A DNA stretch of 55,466 nucleotides, filler included, from Basidiobolus ranarum (Eukaryota): NCBI GenBank assembly GCA_040143965.1. It is 5 parts of 5 records of this genome, joined end to end, with 100 filler letters (N's around TTAATTAATTAA, not from the genome) between each part and the next. Parts side by side here need not be neighbours in the genome. Positions count along the whole stretch, not along the records: positions 1 to 11,036 come from JASJQH010007520.1; positions 11,137 to 22,156 come from JASJQH010007521.1; 3 more parts are not named here. The stretch is one strand, 5' to 3'. This document shows, piece by piece, positions 1-12,376 of the stretch. Made by a program: the position numbers and the translations under genes. A model generated the notes under the pieces. The model was not told where the DNA came from. It was given only the letters and a program-made list of their open reading frames with translations, and did no database searches. How positions within the stretch are numbered: the first letter of the stretch is position 1; each line of letters starts with the position of its first letter.

Positions 1-521
1 AAGAACTTACGGATATCCTTGTTCTTGACTCTGGTAGATTGCTGGATAGAGGCAGCGGATTGGGACACATTAGGAAGAGAGTTACCGGAAATAATGATCT
101 CATCCTTCTGGGCCTCAGAGTGGGCAATAGTGACACCATCCAACATCTTGACACGACGAATGACCTTCTCACCCAAGAAGTTACGGATCTCGACATCCTT
201 GCTATCATCAGAAATGTTAACGTTGATGGGGAAATGGGCATAGACGAAGCGCATCTTGTATTCGAAACCCTTGGTAACACCAATGATCATGTTTTGGATG
301 AGAGAAGAGATGGTACGAAGGCAAGCGACGTGCTTACGGACTCCGTGCCAGACCACCAAGCGAATTTTGGTGGCACTGATCTTTTTGATCTCCATGTTGA
401 CGTGGTGGAAGTTGTTGGAAAGAGTACCACGGGGACCCTTCACGCGAACAACGCGAGCCTTGATATCAACAGTAACACCTTCGGGGATGGTAAGCTCTTC
501 TTCCTTGTAAATATCCTTCAT
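1..521 (-). CDS. RPL9: 60S ribosomal protein L9 (uL6), 3' end truncated by the window edge
   Basis: Manual minus-strand translation from ATG 521: [34 protein letters not shown]...[20 protein letters not shown]...IRNFLGEK...KNKDIRKFL. Not in the ORF track because there is no stop; the + ORFs over 19-542 are its antisense shadow. Confidence 0.97.
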   Translation of the reverse strand, partial: MKDIYKEEELTIPEGVTVDIKARVVRVKGPRGTLSNNFHHVNMEIKKISATKIRLVVWHGVRKHVACLRTISSLIQNMIIGVTKGFEYKMRFVYAHFPINVNISDDSKDVEIRNFLGEKVIRRVKMLDGVTIAHSEAQKDEIIISGNSLPNVSQSAASIQQSTRVKNKDIRKF

Positions 522-538
522 GTTGAGCTCAAATTAAC

Positions 539-660
539 CTAAAAATCCCGACATATTAACACTTGATTGCTCCAGCATATTACTCTCATGAATACGAAAT
601 TGACGGATGAATACTGACCAAATGGATGGAGGTGGATGAGACGAGGGTAAAAGAAAGAAC
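539..660 (-). promoter_or_regulatory. RPL9 5'UTR with pyrimidine-rich (TOP-like) leader and an 80-nt 5'UTR intron (539-618)
   Basis: Minus strand GTTCTTTCTTTTACCCTCGTCTC...CATTTG|GTCAGT...TTTTTAG|GTTAATTTGAGCTCAACATG; canonical GT-AG. Confidence 0.65.
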
Positions 661-1596
661 AGGTGAATGTCTTTGATCATCATTTGTACCCAAAAATGAT
701 TTCACTGAAAAACATCGCAAATTTTTTGACCAACTCAACTCAGGTAACGAATTAGAAAATTTTGATCAGATAATTTTCACTGCATGTCTTTACCAGAGTC
801 TAGGAATTGATTTTTTTAGCACAAGTACTCTGGGCGATAGAGGGATCCTTTCCAATATTTTCCTATGTAAACCTATTTCCCAATGAGTAACATCTGAACG
901 TTAAGCTATCTACCAGGTTACAGCGGTCGCTTGTTAATTTGCTCTTAACAATTCACTTATTGATGTAGGCCATAATCTTTATGTTGTATGAACAGAATGG
1001 GTTTTATTTACAGTCGATGTCTGAACGAAACCCTTTGCAAAATTTAAAGAACTAAACAAATTGACGATTGGATTATGTTAATCAGTGTCAGTTTTATAAC
1101 CACTATTATCAAGTACCACTGGAGCTTGATTCTCACTTAGCGATGAGTATATCCTATTTCACGTTGATAAAGCACTCAACTTGCATTTCGCAAGTCCCTT
1201 TAGTGTGTTTATAGAGTATGGTACTTTTAACGCTTTTCGGGCTGCTGAGGCAAAGCAAGTGGGGTTGTTTAGACACTAAGAGTTATGGTTACTTGTAAGG
1301 GGAGAGCGTAGCGTAAACTAGTTTCATAAGAGTGTCTAATTGGTGTAAAGTAATACAGCGTTAACATATTACCTACTAAATTACAATGTATATGGCTGTA
1401 TATATATACAGTACAGAAACAACATGAATCAAGATTGGAGGGTTGGATCAATAGATTGCTTTACTTTACAAAATGGGTTTGTTCTGAATACGGTATATAC
1501 ATTAGAATGAGGCGGATTAGCGCTGTAGTTGCTTCGGTACATTGTGCAAGTGAAAAAAGATGTCAGAAGCAATAACCAAGTACTAAAGTGGCTACA

Positions 1597-2283
1597 TCAA
1601 GCAGCGCGATGAAGATGCTGAGAGGTGATTTGTAGATTGAACATCCGAAGTTTTTCTAGATAAATATTATGATCTCTGCCATCTGTTGAGGGCTGATTCC
1701 AGCTGCAGCTCAGCCAATTTATCCAGGTCATGAAGTCCTCATAAGATATTCCGAGATCGTACCCGAGTTGTCTGAGAAGCCAACGTTCCATTCCTGATAG
1801 ATCTTTGGCTGTGATCCCGACCTTGCCCGACCACTCGGAATTCCGGATATTGACATCCAGGTGGTACTTGGTCGCCAATAGGACACAGGAAACAAATAAT
1901 TCAGTCAGATGGTTGGGATCTAGAGTGGAAGCGTTCAAGGATGTGCGTAGTCGGTACATGTACTTAAGTGCTAAGACAATGGTGATAGTAGATAATTCAA
2001 GGTTAAGAGTAATTTTCAAGAACATATCCTTCAGAAGGGAGGTGGAATGCATTGGAATGCGCTCCAGGATATGAAGGGTGGAGTCAGGGACGGACCAAAG
2101 AAAAGTCACGACATGAGCAGCAAACTCCGACATTCGAATGGTAGACAGGTTGGGAAAATAGTTGATCAGAAACTGGCGCGAGTTACTAACATTAGGAAGA
2201 GGAAGAAAAGTTTTCTGCTTCTGAAGCGAGCCACATGGTCGAGGGGTGGCGGGTATGAAGATAGTATTGAATGATGTGACCAT
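1597..2283 (-). CDS. Pho85/Pcl-type cyclin (cyclin-N fold)
   Basis: Cyclin box: ITIVLALKYMYRL...LFVSCVLLATKYHLDVNIRNSEWSGKVGITAKDLSGMERWLLRQLGYDL. First in-frame ATG at 2283; TATATAAG ~60 nt upstream. Confidence 0.85.
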   Translation of the reverse strand: MVTSFNTIFIPATPRPCGSLQKQKTFLPLPNVSNSRQFLINYFPNLSTIRMSEFAAHVVTFLWSVPDSTLHILERIPMHSTSLLKDMFLKITLNLELSTITIVLALKYMYRLRTSLNASTLDPNHLTELFVSCVLLATKYHLDVNIRNSEWSGKVGITAKDLSGMERWLLRQLGYDLGISYEDFMTWINWLSCSWNQPSTDGRDHNIYLEKLRMFNLQITSQHLHRAA

Positions 2284-4519
2284 CTTTAGAGCAGCATTAG
2301 TGGAAGTTCGTAAAAATTCATGCACAGCAGGGCTCTTCAGCTTATATATCTGGTTGGTTGGATCACTACCTCATTTGTTTCATCTCTTCCTTTATCATCC
2401 GAGCCCGTGTTCATCTATCATTCGTAGAGATTTCAGATAAGGTTATGAGCATCCAATCAATTTTGTATTCCATCAATGATTTGTCTTACTGTTGACCGTG
2501 CTCTTCAGCTGTCTCCAAAACAGTCATTTTTCTTCTCCGGGTTTTATTCCCTAATTTAGATATACTCTTCGGTTTGCTTCTTAGAGGGGAATCTGGTCAT
2601 CGAAATATCGGAGTCTTATCCTGAGTTTGACTTCCAGATCATTATTTTCGGAGGCTTAAAGGAGGAAAAACACATATGCGGGCCGTATTTATCGAGAAAC
2701 AGCGAAAATGTAGTACTGACCATGGTATAAATGTTACATCGGCACCAGTAGGCAGTATCTGTTTCTCCCGCCCTTGACAAAACTATTGATTACAAAGTTA
2801 GATCACCCCAAGGCAATCGACTTGGACAAGGTACATAAAACATTAGGGAGTGGATGGAAATGCCCTCTGAATGTATATTCCAACACCACCATCCCCAGAA
2901 TAAGGGGGTTCTCAGCAGTGGCGTCGGCATGTTATATGATCCACAGATTTAAGTCCTGATCTTTGCTGGGGATATCTTTCGTTTCTTGATTTCTGTGTGC
3001 ATAAAGATGTAAAATTCCACTGCTCTCTAGGATCTTAACATTAGTGTAACCATTTCTACTACCTATAATGGCCTCATTGGCCAGACTAGGATATTAAGGA
3101 GGTTTGACTAATGCTAATGATAGTTTCAAGTAAATCTTGATCCGCTATTTACTGAAGATGAAATAATCCCGTGGTCCTTTTTCTTCATATACCAAATAGC
3201 CATGAATACTTGCTTTTCTACCGGTTCTTGTTCAAAGATCTCTCAAATGAAGAACAACTGAGAGACGAGTGGTATTTCGCTTTTACTATATACAGCTTTC
3301 GTACTTAATAGTTTATCTGATTTAGATGCGATCCATTTGCCAAGTTCGCCTGCGACATGATACGTACTAAGGCACTACAGACTGGCTTCTTTACTATCAT
3401 TTCAATTTGTGAAAGACCCAAAAAGCGAGGTTTCTATTTATCTTACCGAAGACTGATCAGTGATTTTTGTAATTCAAGCCGCATTGTGTCCACGCTAATC
3501 TTTGGATTTTCTTACTTAAACTGGTGAATATCTATTAATTTGATGATTGCTTTCGTCATGATATTTTACGCATCTGAATCCGTTAATTATTGCATCATAA
3601 CTCTACTACAGTGTTTCTTGAGGATAAGGATGAACCTTACTCCACTAGGTCTAATGAAAGTGGTCAATGTAAAGTATGCATGTCGATATGTGTATGACGA
3701 GAATGGCTAATGGCATATACAATTCCTTACTAGTATTGATTGAGCCTGGTACATATCTGTCTCTATCAATCACCTAACAATTTGAGCGAAATAGGACTAT
3801 AGTTCGATGGAAGAATGATGTGACATTTAGGTCAACAGTGCAGAATGTTGATGGGAAATGACATTATCTTCCGAACAAGGCATGCTTAAGCCTAGCAATA
3901 ACTACATTTGTGTTCATCACTATGTACACAATCCCAATACTCTTTTGCCTACGTCTCATATATCTAAGAGCTGACAATGTCTAATCTCAATATTGCAGAG
4001 AAAATCGGCACATTTCCAGAATTCCTCCGTACTTGTCCATATCTTAACGTATGAATTATGTTTTCGTTGCAACTAATACGTCAATTACATCATTCAACTA
4101 TGCTTCAAAGCACCAGAACACCTCAAAGCTACTCAGTTCACGGAAAATACGTAACTTCTTGTGTAAATCTCTGTCATCAAGTATAGGCTAATACAATGTG
4201 AAAGATAAGTAGAAAAGGATATGAAATTACTTGATAGTCTTAGTAATAAAGCCAGTGACGTAGTATAGTAATATCATCACATCCGTTATGGAGGAATAAG
4301 AGTGTCTTTAAACTCACCTAGAAATGAACACGATTGGCTAGGATGTTGATTAGTAGATCACATTGATGCGTCATTCAAAACCAACCATATCACTGACACC
4401 AAACACAAATTCATGTTCATATTATCATGTAATTATTTAGATATGACTGAATTGCATGCTCTGTGAATGTAATCACCCAAATGAAGCGCTCTTTCTATAC
4501 AACACTTGTGATCCTTCAG

Positions 4520-4880
4520 TTATTCCTATTCTTGTTGAAATAAGCATAGCCTAAACACCTATATAGTCGTAAATAGCTTAGTATTTGGTTATTCCATATT
4601 TCACTAAGATATCACCCACTATTCTCAAGAGGAACTTACTTAGAATATTGACACCAACTTGGAAGTTCTCAGATATATCGATTTTTCAAACTTGTGATAG
4701 AAGCTCCAAACTTGGCACACATGTTTCTGGGACCTTTTTTAACACATTCTACACGTCTGTTTGTTAACTTCTTGACAAAACTGTAGATGTCAACTTTCTA
4801 CTCAATAAATCAATAAGTGAAATCCACCAATTCTTCTAGTTCGAAAACCACTTCTAACAAACTCCCAAAATGCCTTAACA
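4520..4880 (+). repeat. ~360-bp dispersed repeat, copy A (non-autonomous TE-like)
   Basis: Aligns by eye over its full length, as reverse complement, to 22955-23300 (e.g. TTTTTCAAACTTGTG, GAAGTTCTCAGATATAT, CTCAATAAATCAATAA, CACCTATATAGTC). Confidence 0.85.
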
Positions 4881-5099
4881 ATTCTCACCCTTCAAGCAAA
4901 AATACCTCCAATTTGTCTGCGCTTAATATTTGCAAGACATATATTTGAAGTATGGGCTCCGCTTTCAGCTTCGAAATGTAGCGACTCACCCAATATTAGC
5001 GCAATATGTATTGTAAGTATTGGAGTATTCACCTGAGACACTTTGCAATAATATCCATGCAAAAGATTAGTAATGGCTGCCTGCTTCATTCTGGATATA

Positions 5100-5760
5100 C
5101 TTTCATATGTTCCATGTCTGATAATCATATTGCCAGATAGAAATTGATGCCATCCAAATAGCAAATGATTGGAAGCACATCACCAAAGATGGAACAGTGG
5201 CTTTCTGTAGATTTATGTATTGGGAATACAAGAAAGAATAACTGGATTTCATAAGATAAGCTCAGAATCACATTGGTAAAGCCCAATTTACTCATAATTT
5301 GTAGCTTCAAATGCTGTTCAGTTGATGAAAGTGAAAAGATAAGAAACCAGGATGATGCACAGCTGTCAGCAAGTTCGCTCTTGCAGGTATGACATCGACA
5401 TTGCTCACCATACATAATCCAGGTAGAGAGAAAGATGATGTGTTGGCCATCAGCGTTGTATAGAATAAATTAAGAGTTCCGTTTGAAACTGTCTACCGCG
5501 AGATCTCATATTAGGCAATACGACCTTGCTATCATTATGTGGTAGTTATGATGATACAATTTGAAATCATGACCATTCATCAATTCAACAAAACAGTAAT
5601 AAAATTGACATTCAGATAAGCTCCGATACAGCATTTCAAGTGCAATCAAAAACTTAATCAAGAATCTTCATTACATACCACGTGTGGGGAACAATAATAG
5701 CTGCGAAGACTTTAAATACGTTTGTACATATTCTAACAGAGCCTAGATAAAAGGATTGAC
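5100..5760 (+). pseudogene. Possible highly degraded hAT transposase relic
   Basis: Scattered motifs in hAT order with stops and frameshifts: YVPCL..H (CxxH-like, 5106), QRWNSG (5184), LRVPFE (5470), ILTEPR*K (LDPR-like, ~5730). Confidence 0.22.
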
Positions 5761-6299
5761 GGCAGCTAAACTTGGATATGTGTTCCTACCTAAACAGCAA
5801 GTGGCTTAATGCATGGTCACAATGTGATTATGATATTTCAGCCTAAAGCTACAGTTAGAAATCCAAAGAAGCAAAAGTGGAGTGGACAACAATGATGGTT
5901 TACATGAAGGTCCAAAATTAACATGCGTATATCATGCACCAGGCAGCATGGGATATAATTTACCAAACTGTATTCCAAGGCAGTGGAGTTCTAAGCCTAT
6001 GTCACTGGTGTCCTTGATAGTCTCATTGATTTCTTGCCTACAAATCGAATGAATGGTTAGGAATCATGACAGTTATAGGGTTAGGGTGCATACATCATCA
6101 TAACAATCCTCTATTACGATATAGACTCACTTATTAACTCATTTCTAGGCTCCCTCAATTGTTGCCTAGTGATAAATGGAATGCGTTGGGTAACATAGTA
6201 TGACAACAGATCAGTAACAATCTTACTACCTGGCAGTTACCTGATACTGTTCATCTGGACCTCCTATTGGAACTCTAGAGTGTTGATTGTGACACCAAC

Positions 6300-6510
6300 A
6301 TTTGCTTTTTCAATCAACCCATATCAAGATTGTCAGCCAAATCGAATTTCTGCTTAGTAACGGAGAATTTGACCCCATATTTCTATAAACCTACTGTGAC
6401 CAAATTCCATATCGAAGTGGTCAAATGATCAATATTAGAGTATTCTGGTATGGTGGTCTGGTATGGTAGTAGGAAATACAGGCAATGATGGTCGATCTGT
6501 TTGTGAAACA
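6300..6510 (-). pseudogene. Possible Ty1/copia RNase H relic
   Basis: Minus-strand fragments TNRSTI, HHTR and NIDHLTTSIWNLVTVGL*KYGVKFSVTKQKFDLADNL resemble copia DNQSAI...HxRTKHID...ELV..G...LADILTK; frameshifted. Confidence 0.22.
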
Positions 6511-9346
6511 TACATAGAACAACAACTTCAAACTCCTAACTCTGAGGGCATTATAATCGGCAAAAGGGATATCCAGAACCACAGCACTAGAAGCTTAATG
6601 AAATGTATTTTATTACCCAAGATCGTATATAAAAGCAGACCGCTGGTTTTGATTTCTCATTACAAAGCACAGACTGAGTGCAAATCCTGATCTTACACTT
6701 GAAACAATAAACGAAGAGGATGGTCATCCTAGCAAGAGTAGCTGAAGACAGCAGAAATCATGCCATATGGTAGAACTCGCATCTGTAGCTAATGGCATCA
6801 ATAGAATAGGGGTTTCAATTTGGTTGTTATTAAGAGATGATAAAGTTACAATCCATTTCATCACTTTCGAACGGATTTTGGGAATTCCATTTGTGTGCCT
6901 ATATTAAATGATCTCTAGTCAATCCAATCATTCCGGTTGTGGTAAAGAGAGAACAAAGTCGATTCACAGTTTCCGAAAACCTACACAAACAATCATCGAT
7001 CTTTATTGAAAAAGTACATGCCCGCATCAAGTGTCCAATGACCATTTGATTATAGACGAAAGTATTCGCTCAGCGAAAAATCCTGTTGACATTTTGCAAA
7101 TGGAAGCCTACTGAAAATCTGGAGTCTAATTAGTCTCAGCCACATCCGTATTTCTTTAGACTATTTACCCGAATAGCTATCATTCGAAGAATGTCTTTTA
7201 TGGCTATAAATCCATGGCGCTTCAACTAGTTAAGTATCAATGACACAAACGTCGAAAATGCTTTATTAGAAATAAGGTGAATACCATTTCCATTTCGCAG
7301 TATTTAGTATGAACAATGACTTCAGGGAAATAGCCAAAATGGACCACTAAGTGGTGGGCGAGCAGTCTCGATCAGATTACACAGCCCACAGGATTCACGG
7401 ATTTGGGCGCCTGAAACATGAGTAAAACATGCTTACACAGTCTAAACCTTGGTCCTTCGTTGTACTTCTTGGTGCCTACACTGTCAATTAGAAGGCGTAC
7501 CACTTGGCTTTTACAGGCTTGGGACACCTTGTGAATCTTCTCATTCACTAAATAATCCGAGATAGATTCGGCTTCTAGCGGCCTTTTTGTTTCCAACAGA
7601 ATTCTCACCTTGCGTTTGTGGACCGGAGATTAGAGCTTGCAATGGCAGTAATAAATGGTTTAAAACAACGATGACAAAACCCTTCCTTATAGGATAATAA
7701 TTAGCTCAAAATTTCAAACCTTAATAAAGATACATGCTGCTTAACAGTTCGTCACTAACTTCGTGCAAGATACGACGAACTGATACTGGTCAGATTGAGA
7801 CAGCAGCGGTCACTGCGTAAGTGATGACTCTCCTGGTCAGCTGACCTCATAAAGCTTAAATCCCATGAATGTTCCAAATCCCATGAATTTGCCATTTTAC
7901 CTGGTTGTTATGCGGAAATAGGGCTATCCCAGAATTAGGTTGCCAAGCCGTGAACAACATTTACCTGCAAACACAACATTTGCTCTACCGTGAAAACCTT
8001 TGCAGAATGTTATTATTCATGCTGTATTGAAACACAAAGAATAGCATATCCGGACGTATCTGGTTAGAGTTAAAAGCCTATTTAATAAGTTTACTTCATT
8101 AAGAGCCTGATTGCCTTCATATTGGCAAATCAATAGATCCTTATATCCAATATTCACCTAGATCTCATGAAAAGTAATAATTCTCTTTGATCGAATCTTG
8201 TGATTGAGCCTAATTTTGTGTCGCAACATCGTCCAGTTAGAGTAACTTCAAATAATTGTCAATTATATATTGTAGAAATTAGGAAAGCTACAGCATAATT
8301 TCGAAATCTCCGATCCCATGCAAATTCGCAATCTGAACTGAAATGGTAAACCACGGCTATTGCGAAAAAAAGAGAAAGGCATGCATCCCGTGTAACTCGT
8401 GTTTCGTGCCCTTTAGGAGCGATGCCTGCAGGAGCCTCTTGATACGAATATCAACATCGATATCGATACATTTTCATTAATATCGCATGAGTTCGATGCA
8501 GAGGAGAACAACATCGTCGGCATTAATTCGTGGATACGTCAAGTAAAGAAGGCTATTTCGCATAACAAACCGAGATGTAAACACTCCATCATTAGAGATT
8601 ATGTACGGTAGATCTCGCTTTGCCATGGCAAACGAAACAACCAATTCCCTCACAACTCTCGATATTTTCGAGTTACCTGCGCTGGCAGTAGTAGTGACTC
8701 TCAAATACTGCATTCATTTGCGGTTAAATTGTGCTAGGAAGCCTATATGGAGTGTTTATCCTGAGGCCGTTCATTGGCCCAATTCTATGGGCTTTTTAAT
8801 TATTAACCCCAAAAACTGAACCCAGCCATGGATTTTGAGAACGAGCTTTAACATGCAAGAAATCAAATTGAGGATTTAGAATGGCGAATAGTGTACTGTT
8901 TAATATTTAATTTGAAGATGGATTGTCAGCATTGGGGTAACATGAAAAGGATGGATTTCCATATTAAGTACCGCATTTGAATGGCAGTAACTAGTTTAGA
9001 GTTGAAACTTCAAATATATTGGATCACGGTACTTGAGATTTCTTAATAGATATATGGATAGAGGCTGTGGCTACTGGATTATCATAGATCCCGTCAGATT
9101 ACCCTACTTGATCATGACGAAATCTCGATAAACTCCTACTGTTTGCAAAGTATAAATGCGCACCGTGCTGCCTTCATCTAGACACCACTCTTCACTCTAT
9201 TTCTATTGTTTCCATTTATTCTTGGATCTTTACTTTTCTTCACTAGTATTTACCTCTACAAATACTCTTTTTCGGTGTTGATATTGCAACGTATTAGTCA
9301 TATTTTGGCATTTACGAATTGAGTTGGAACTATACACCTCCTTTTA

Positions 9347-10096
9347 ATGATATCCAAAGATTCTCAATTTTCCACTTCCTTGAATATGCCTAGAGAAAAC
9401 CCAAGTTCCATCAAACCTACCATCGTAAAAAACTCGTTGAAGCGCAGGCTTTCTGGTATCTTCTTACCCGACAATGGAGTAAAGTTAGCACCCACGGAAG
9501 TACTGAAATGTGAAAAGCCGCCAGTTGTATCCTCCTTATCTGCTGAGGTCATAGAGAAGCCCAACCGGCGTTTTTTTAGCTTTCCTTCATACTTGAAGAA
9601 GACTAAAGCACCCACTGCCCCTCTTATGGCCCCAGTGAAAGTCATTAGCCCTATTGAACCTGTAATGACAGCGGAAATTGAAATCCAGAAGAAGTCGGTC
9701 TCCAAAACAACCATTTATAAGGATATGAACGAGACTCCTGGTCCTCAGTACACATACAGAATTAGTATCCAAAAATTACAACAGTCCTCACGTCGTCCAC
9801 TGGTGCAGGTGTTACTGATACATCAAACCATCACTAAGGCTACACTAAAGCTCCGGAGTGAGGGTATTCATCCAGCACAGTTGATGCGTGAGCAAAAACT
9901 CGCTGTTGTTAAAAATCCAAATCGTACCGGCCCAGTGGTACGTCGTCGTTCATTTCCTATCCTTCAACGGCAACCTCCTCCACCACCATATTCATCTGTT
10001 GATGGCAAAAAGAAGGATCAAGATGACGATGTTCCTTTGGGATTACTACGTAGAGAGTTTTTGAAGCCCACTTCAGTATCAGTTCTTGTAGCTTGA
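9347..10096 (+). CDS. 249-aa intronless protein with Zds_C-like motif, PPxY and DDDVPL motif
   Basis: Long ORF preceded by TATAAA (~9151) and a pyrimidine-rich leader; YRISIQKLQQSSRRPLVQVLL, PPPPPY, DDDVPLGLL. Confidence 0.75.
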   Translation: MISKDSQFSTSLNMPRENPSSIKPTIVKNSLKRRLSGIFLPDNGVKLAPTEVLKCEKPPVVSSLSAEVIEKPNRRFFSFPSYLKKTKAPTAPLMAPVKVISPIEPVMTAEIEIQKKSVSKTTIYKDMNETPGPQYTYRISIQKLQQSSRRPLVQVLLIHQTITKATLKLRSEGIHPAQLMREQKLAVVKNPNRTGPVVRRRSFPILQRQPPPPPYSSVDGKKKDQDDDVPLGLLRREFLKPTSVSVLVA

Positions 10097-11036
10097 TGCT
10101 AAAGTGAGACTTTCAATCACGCAAAGACATATATTATATCATTCCCTGTCAAAATGTACATTTCTTGACTTTGACGCCCTGCTTAAACGTTTATTGAATG
10201 ACGCCGTCGTTACACTTCACTGGAATACTTACGGGAAATTCCATAACTACATAGTCCACCACATTCATTTTTAATACTATCGATTAACCAAGACTATAAG
10301 GAACCTTTCAAAGGTTTATTCTATACCAAGCACACACTTCCGAAGTTCCATTTCGCATAACCAAATTAACCATCATATCTGGCCGTTTCGGACCTTTTCA
10401 GAGGAGTATTCTTACCTGAAGCATGACTCACCACATCACTTCCCATCCTTTTTTATACTGTAAATATTGTATGAATTCGAAAAAGTAAATCAACGTTTAT
10501 TATTCTGAACAAAACACCTACAAAATTTATTATCATTGGAAATACTGTAGCTACTGACACAAATAAATCAACCCTGTTGAAAGGGATCCAGCTCACGAAA
10601 TATTCCCAAGAAAATCTTGGGAAGGACGGGATTTGCTTTTCACATAGATTGAATTGAAGTTCATTTTAATCTCATATTATCAATATTGATTTGAACTGTT
10701 GTCAAACGTCGAACGCCGCAGATGCTCTTCCTATCATCGTCGTGATCAATCAAATCCTGACCAATGTAGATCCAAGTTAAATAATGGATGCCTAGTGTTG
10801 ATGGTAACAATTCACATGGTTCAACACAGCAAAAAGAAAGGCTTATATCCAAACCAATGAAGTTGGCCAGAACGAGAGAGAGCGACGGTAAGTGGATTTT
10901 AGAGTGAGCCTCATGGAGACGAAACACACCGTTCTGGATATGAAGAGATTTAGGGGGAGGGTTAGGACCATATCCTTGATAGTAAGGCTAAAATCAATAT
11001 TATGAGATGGTTCGTCATGCTATGGGGGGGGGAGAT

Positions 11037-11136
11037 NNNNNNNNNNNNNNNNNNNNNNNNNNNNNNNNNNNNNNNNNNNNTTAATTAATTAANNNNNNNN
11101 NNNNNNNNNNNNNNNNNNNNNNNNNNNNNNNNNNNN
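11037..11136. other. Artificial contig linker N44-TTAATTAATTAA-N44
   Basis: Identical 100-nt spacer with a six-frame stop; occurs four times. Confidence 0.99.
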
Positions 11137-11656
11137 CTCCATGTTAAGAGCCTTGAGAAGCTCCTTAGTTTCAGGATCAACTTCAATGTTGGAGGTGTCC
11201 AAAGCAGAGAATTCAGGAACGTAGTTATCCTTGCGTTCTCTCTCTTCTTCTTGCAACTTGAAGGAGATACCACGAACGGGTCCACGTTGAATACGCTTCA
11301 TCAAGTGATTGGTGAACCCAGCAATCTTGTTACGAAGACGCTTGGCGGCAATAATGGCAACTTCGTCACAAATTTTCTTGTTGGTTTGGAAATCCAAAGT
11401 AAGACGAGGATAGTATTTTTCAATGATGACCCTAGAGGCCTTCTTGACTGTCTTGGTACGAACGCGACCCTACACAAATCAAGTAAATGATAAGTATCGC
11501 TTTGAATCAACGTGGTTGTAGGTGATGACTTGAAGGATATTCTATTCTAGATGATGGATGGATGCATTGATACGTTATATACAATAACGATTATAAGCTT
11601 TTTTTGTGTCCTTCAAGTCGACCAATCGTTTATTTTGTATATATTCTACATACCAT
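11137..11656 (-). CDS. RPS17: 40S ribosomal protein S17 (eS17); exons 11656-11654 (ATG only) and 11469-11137; 3' truncated
   Basis: ATG|GTATGT...TGTGTAG|GGT gives [41 protein letters not shown]...[29 protein letters not shown]. Confidence 0.97.
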
Positions 11657-12376
11657 ATTGCTGTACTAGGTAATTCAGAGCAAAGAAAACAGACTTGCCC
11701 ACCAAAGTGAAGAGAAAGAAGCAACTGGTACACACGAGTTCTTTTTGTTAAAGAAACCAATCTAATTTGTTAGAATATCTATCCCGCGCCAATTTGATTG
11801 AGATCATTTTTGAAGTGACGTGATTAACTTTCAATTAATCGATAAAATTATCGTATTTAAAGATATGCATAATATTGGTCGAATGCAACGTTGTTTGTCG
11901 TTGCAGGGGAAAGTACCGATGATTGTGCAAAAGGAGCAACTAATGTGCAGTTCTCTATTATTGTTGATGTTCTATCTATTTGTTAGATCAGAACACTTAG
12001 GGTAAGAACAACGAATTAAGTTTATGTAGATGTTGAATGCGAAGAAGAGTGAACGAAACAAACAGGTATATTCCCGCAATAGACAAATACGTAACCCCGT
12101 TGGCCCGTACTCAACACGTTCTGACTGACAAAATCAGGATTTAGGGATCAACGTTTTATGTACGTAGTAGCTGCATATACATTTTCTATGTCAACACAAG
12201 GTAGATTGGGCCCGGTTCTAAATTAATATCCGAGTGTCTGCAACGATTTGGAAATTCATTTAAAGTCTATGACCATTTCGTCTTCAGAAGAATTCTTTCT
12301 GTTATCTCGGAAAAGAATGTCATTATAGTCTGATCCAAAACCAAATAATACTTATTTTTGTGTAAATAACTTCTCG

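Noticed and set aside
19-542. Three overlapping + strand ORFs
   Set aside because: Antisense shadows of the codon-biased RPL9 gene.
3541-3625. TGATGA...CTGA as a box C/D snoRNA
   Set aside because: Box spacing is poor, there is no terminal stem, and I cannot identify an rRNA guide.
10661-10970. Short minus-strand ORF or possible terminal exon at the contig end
   Set aside because: No recognisable domain and ambiguous strand.
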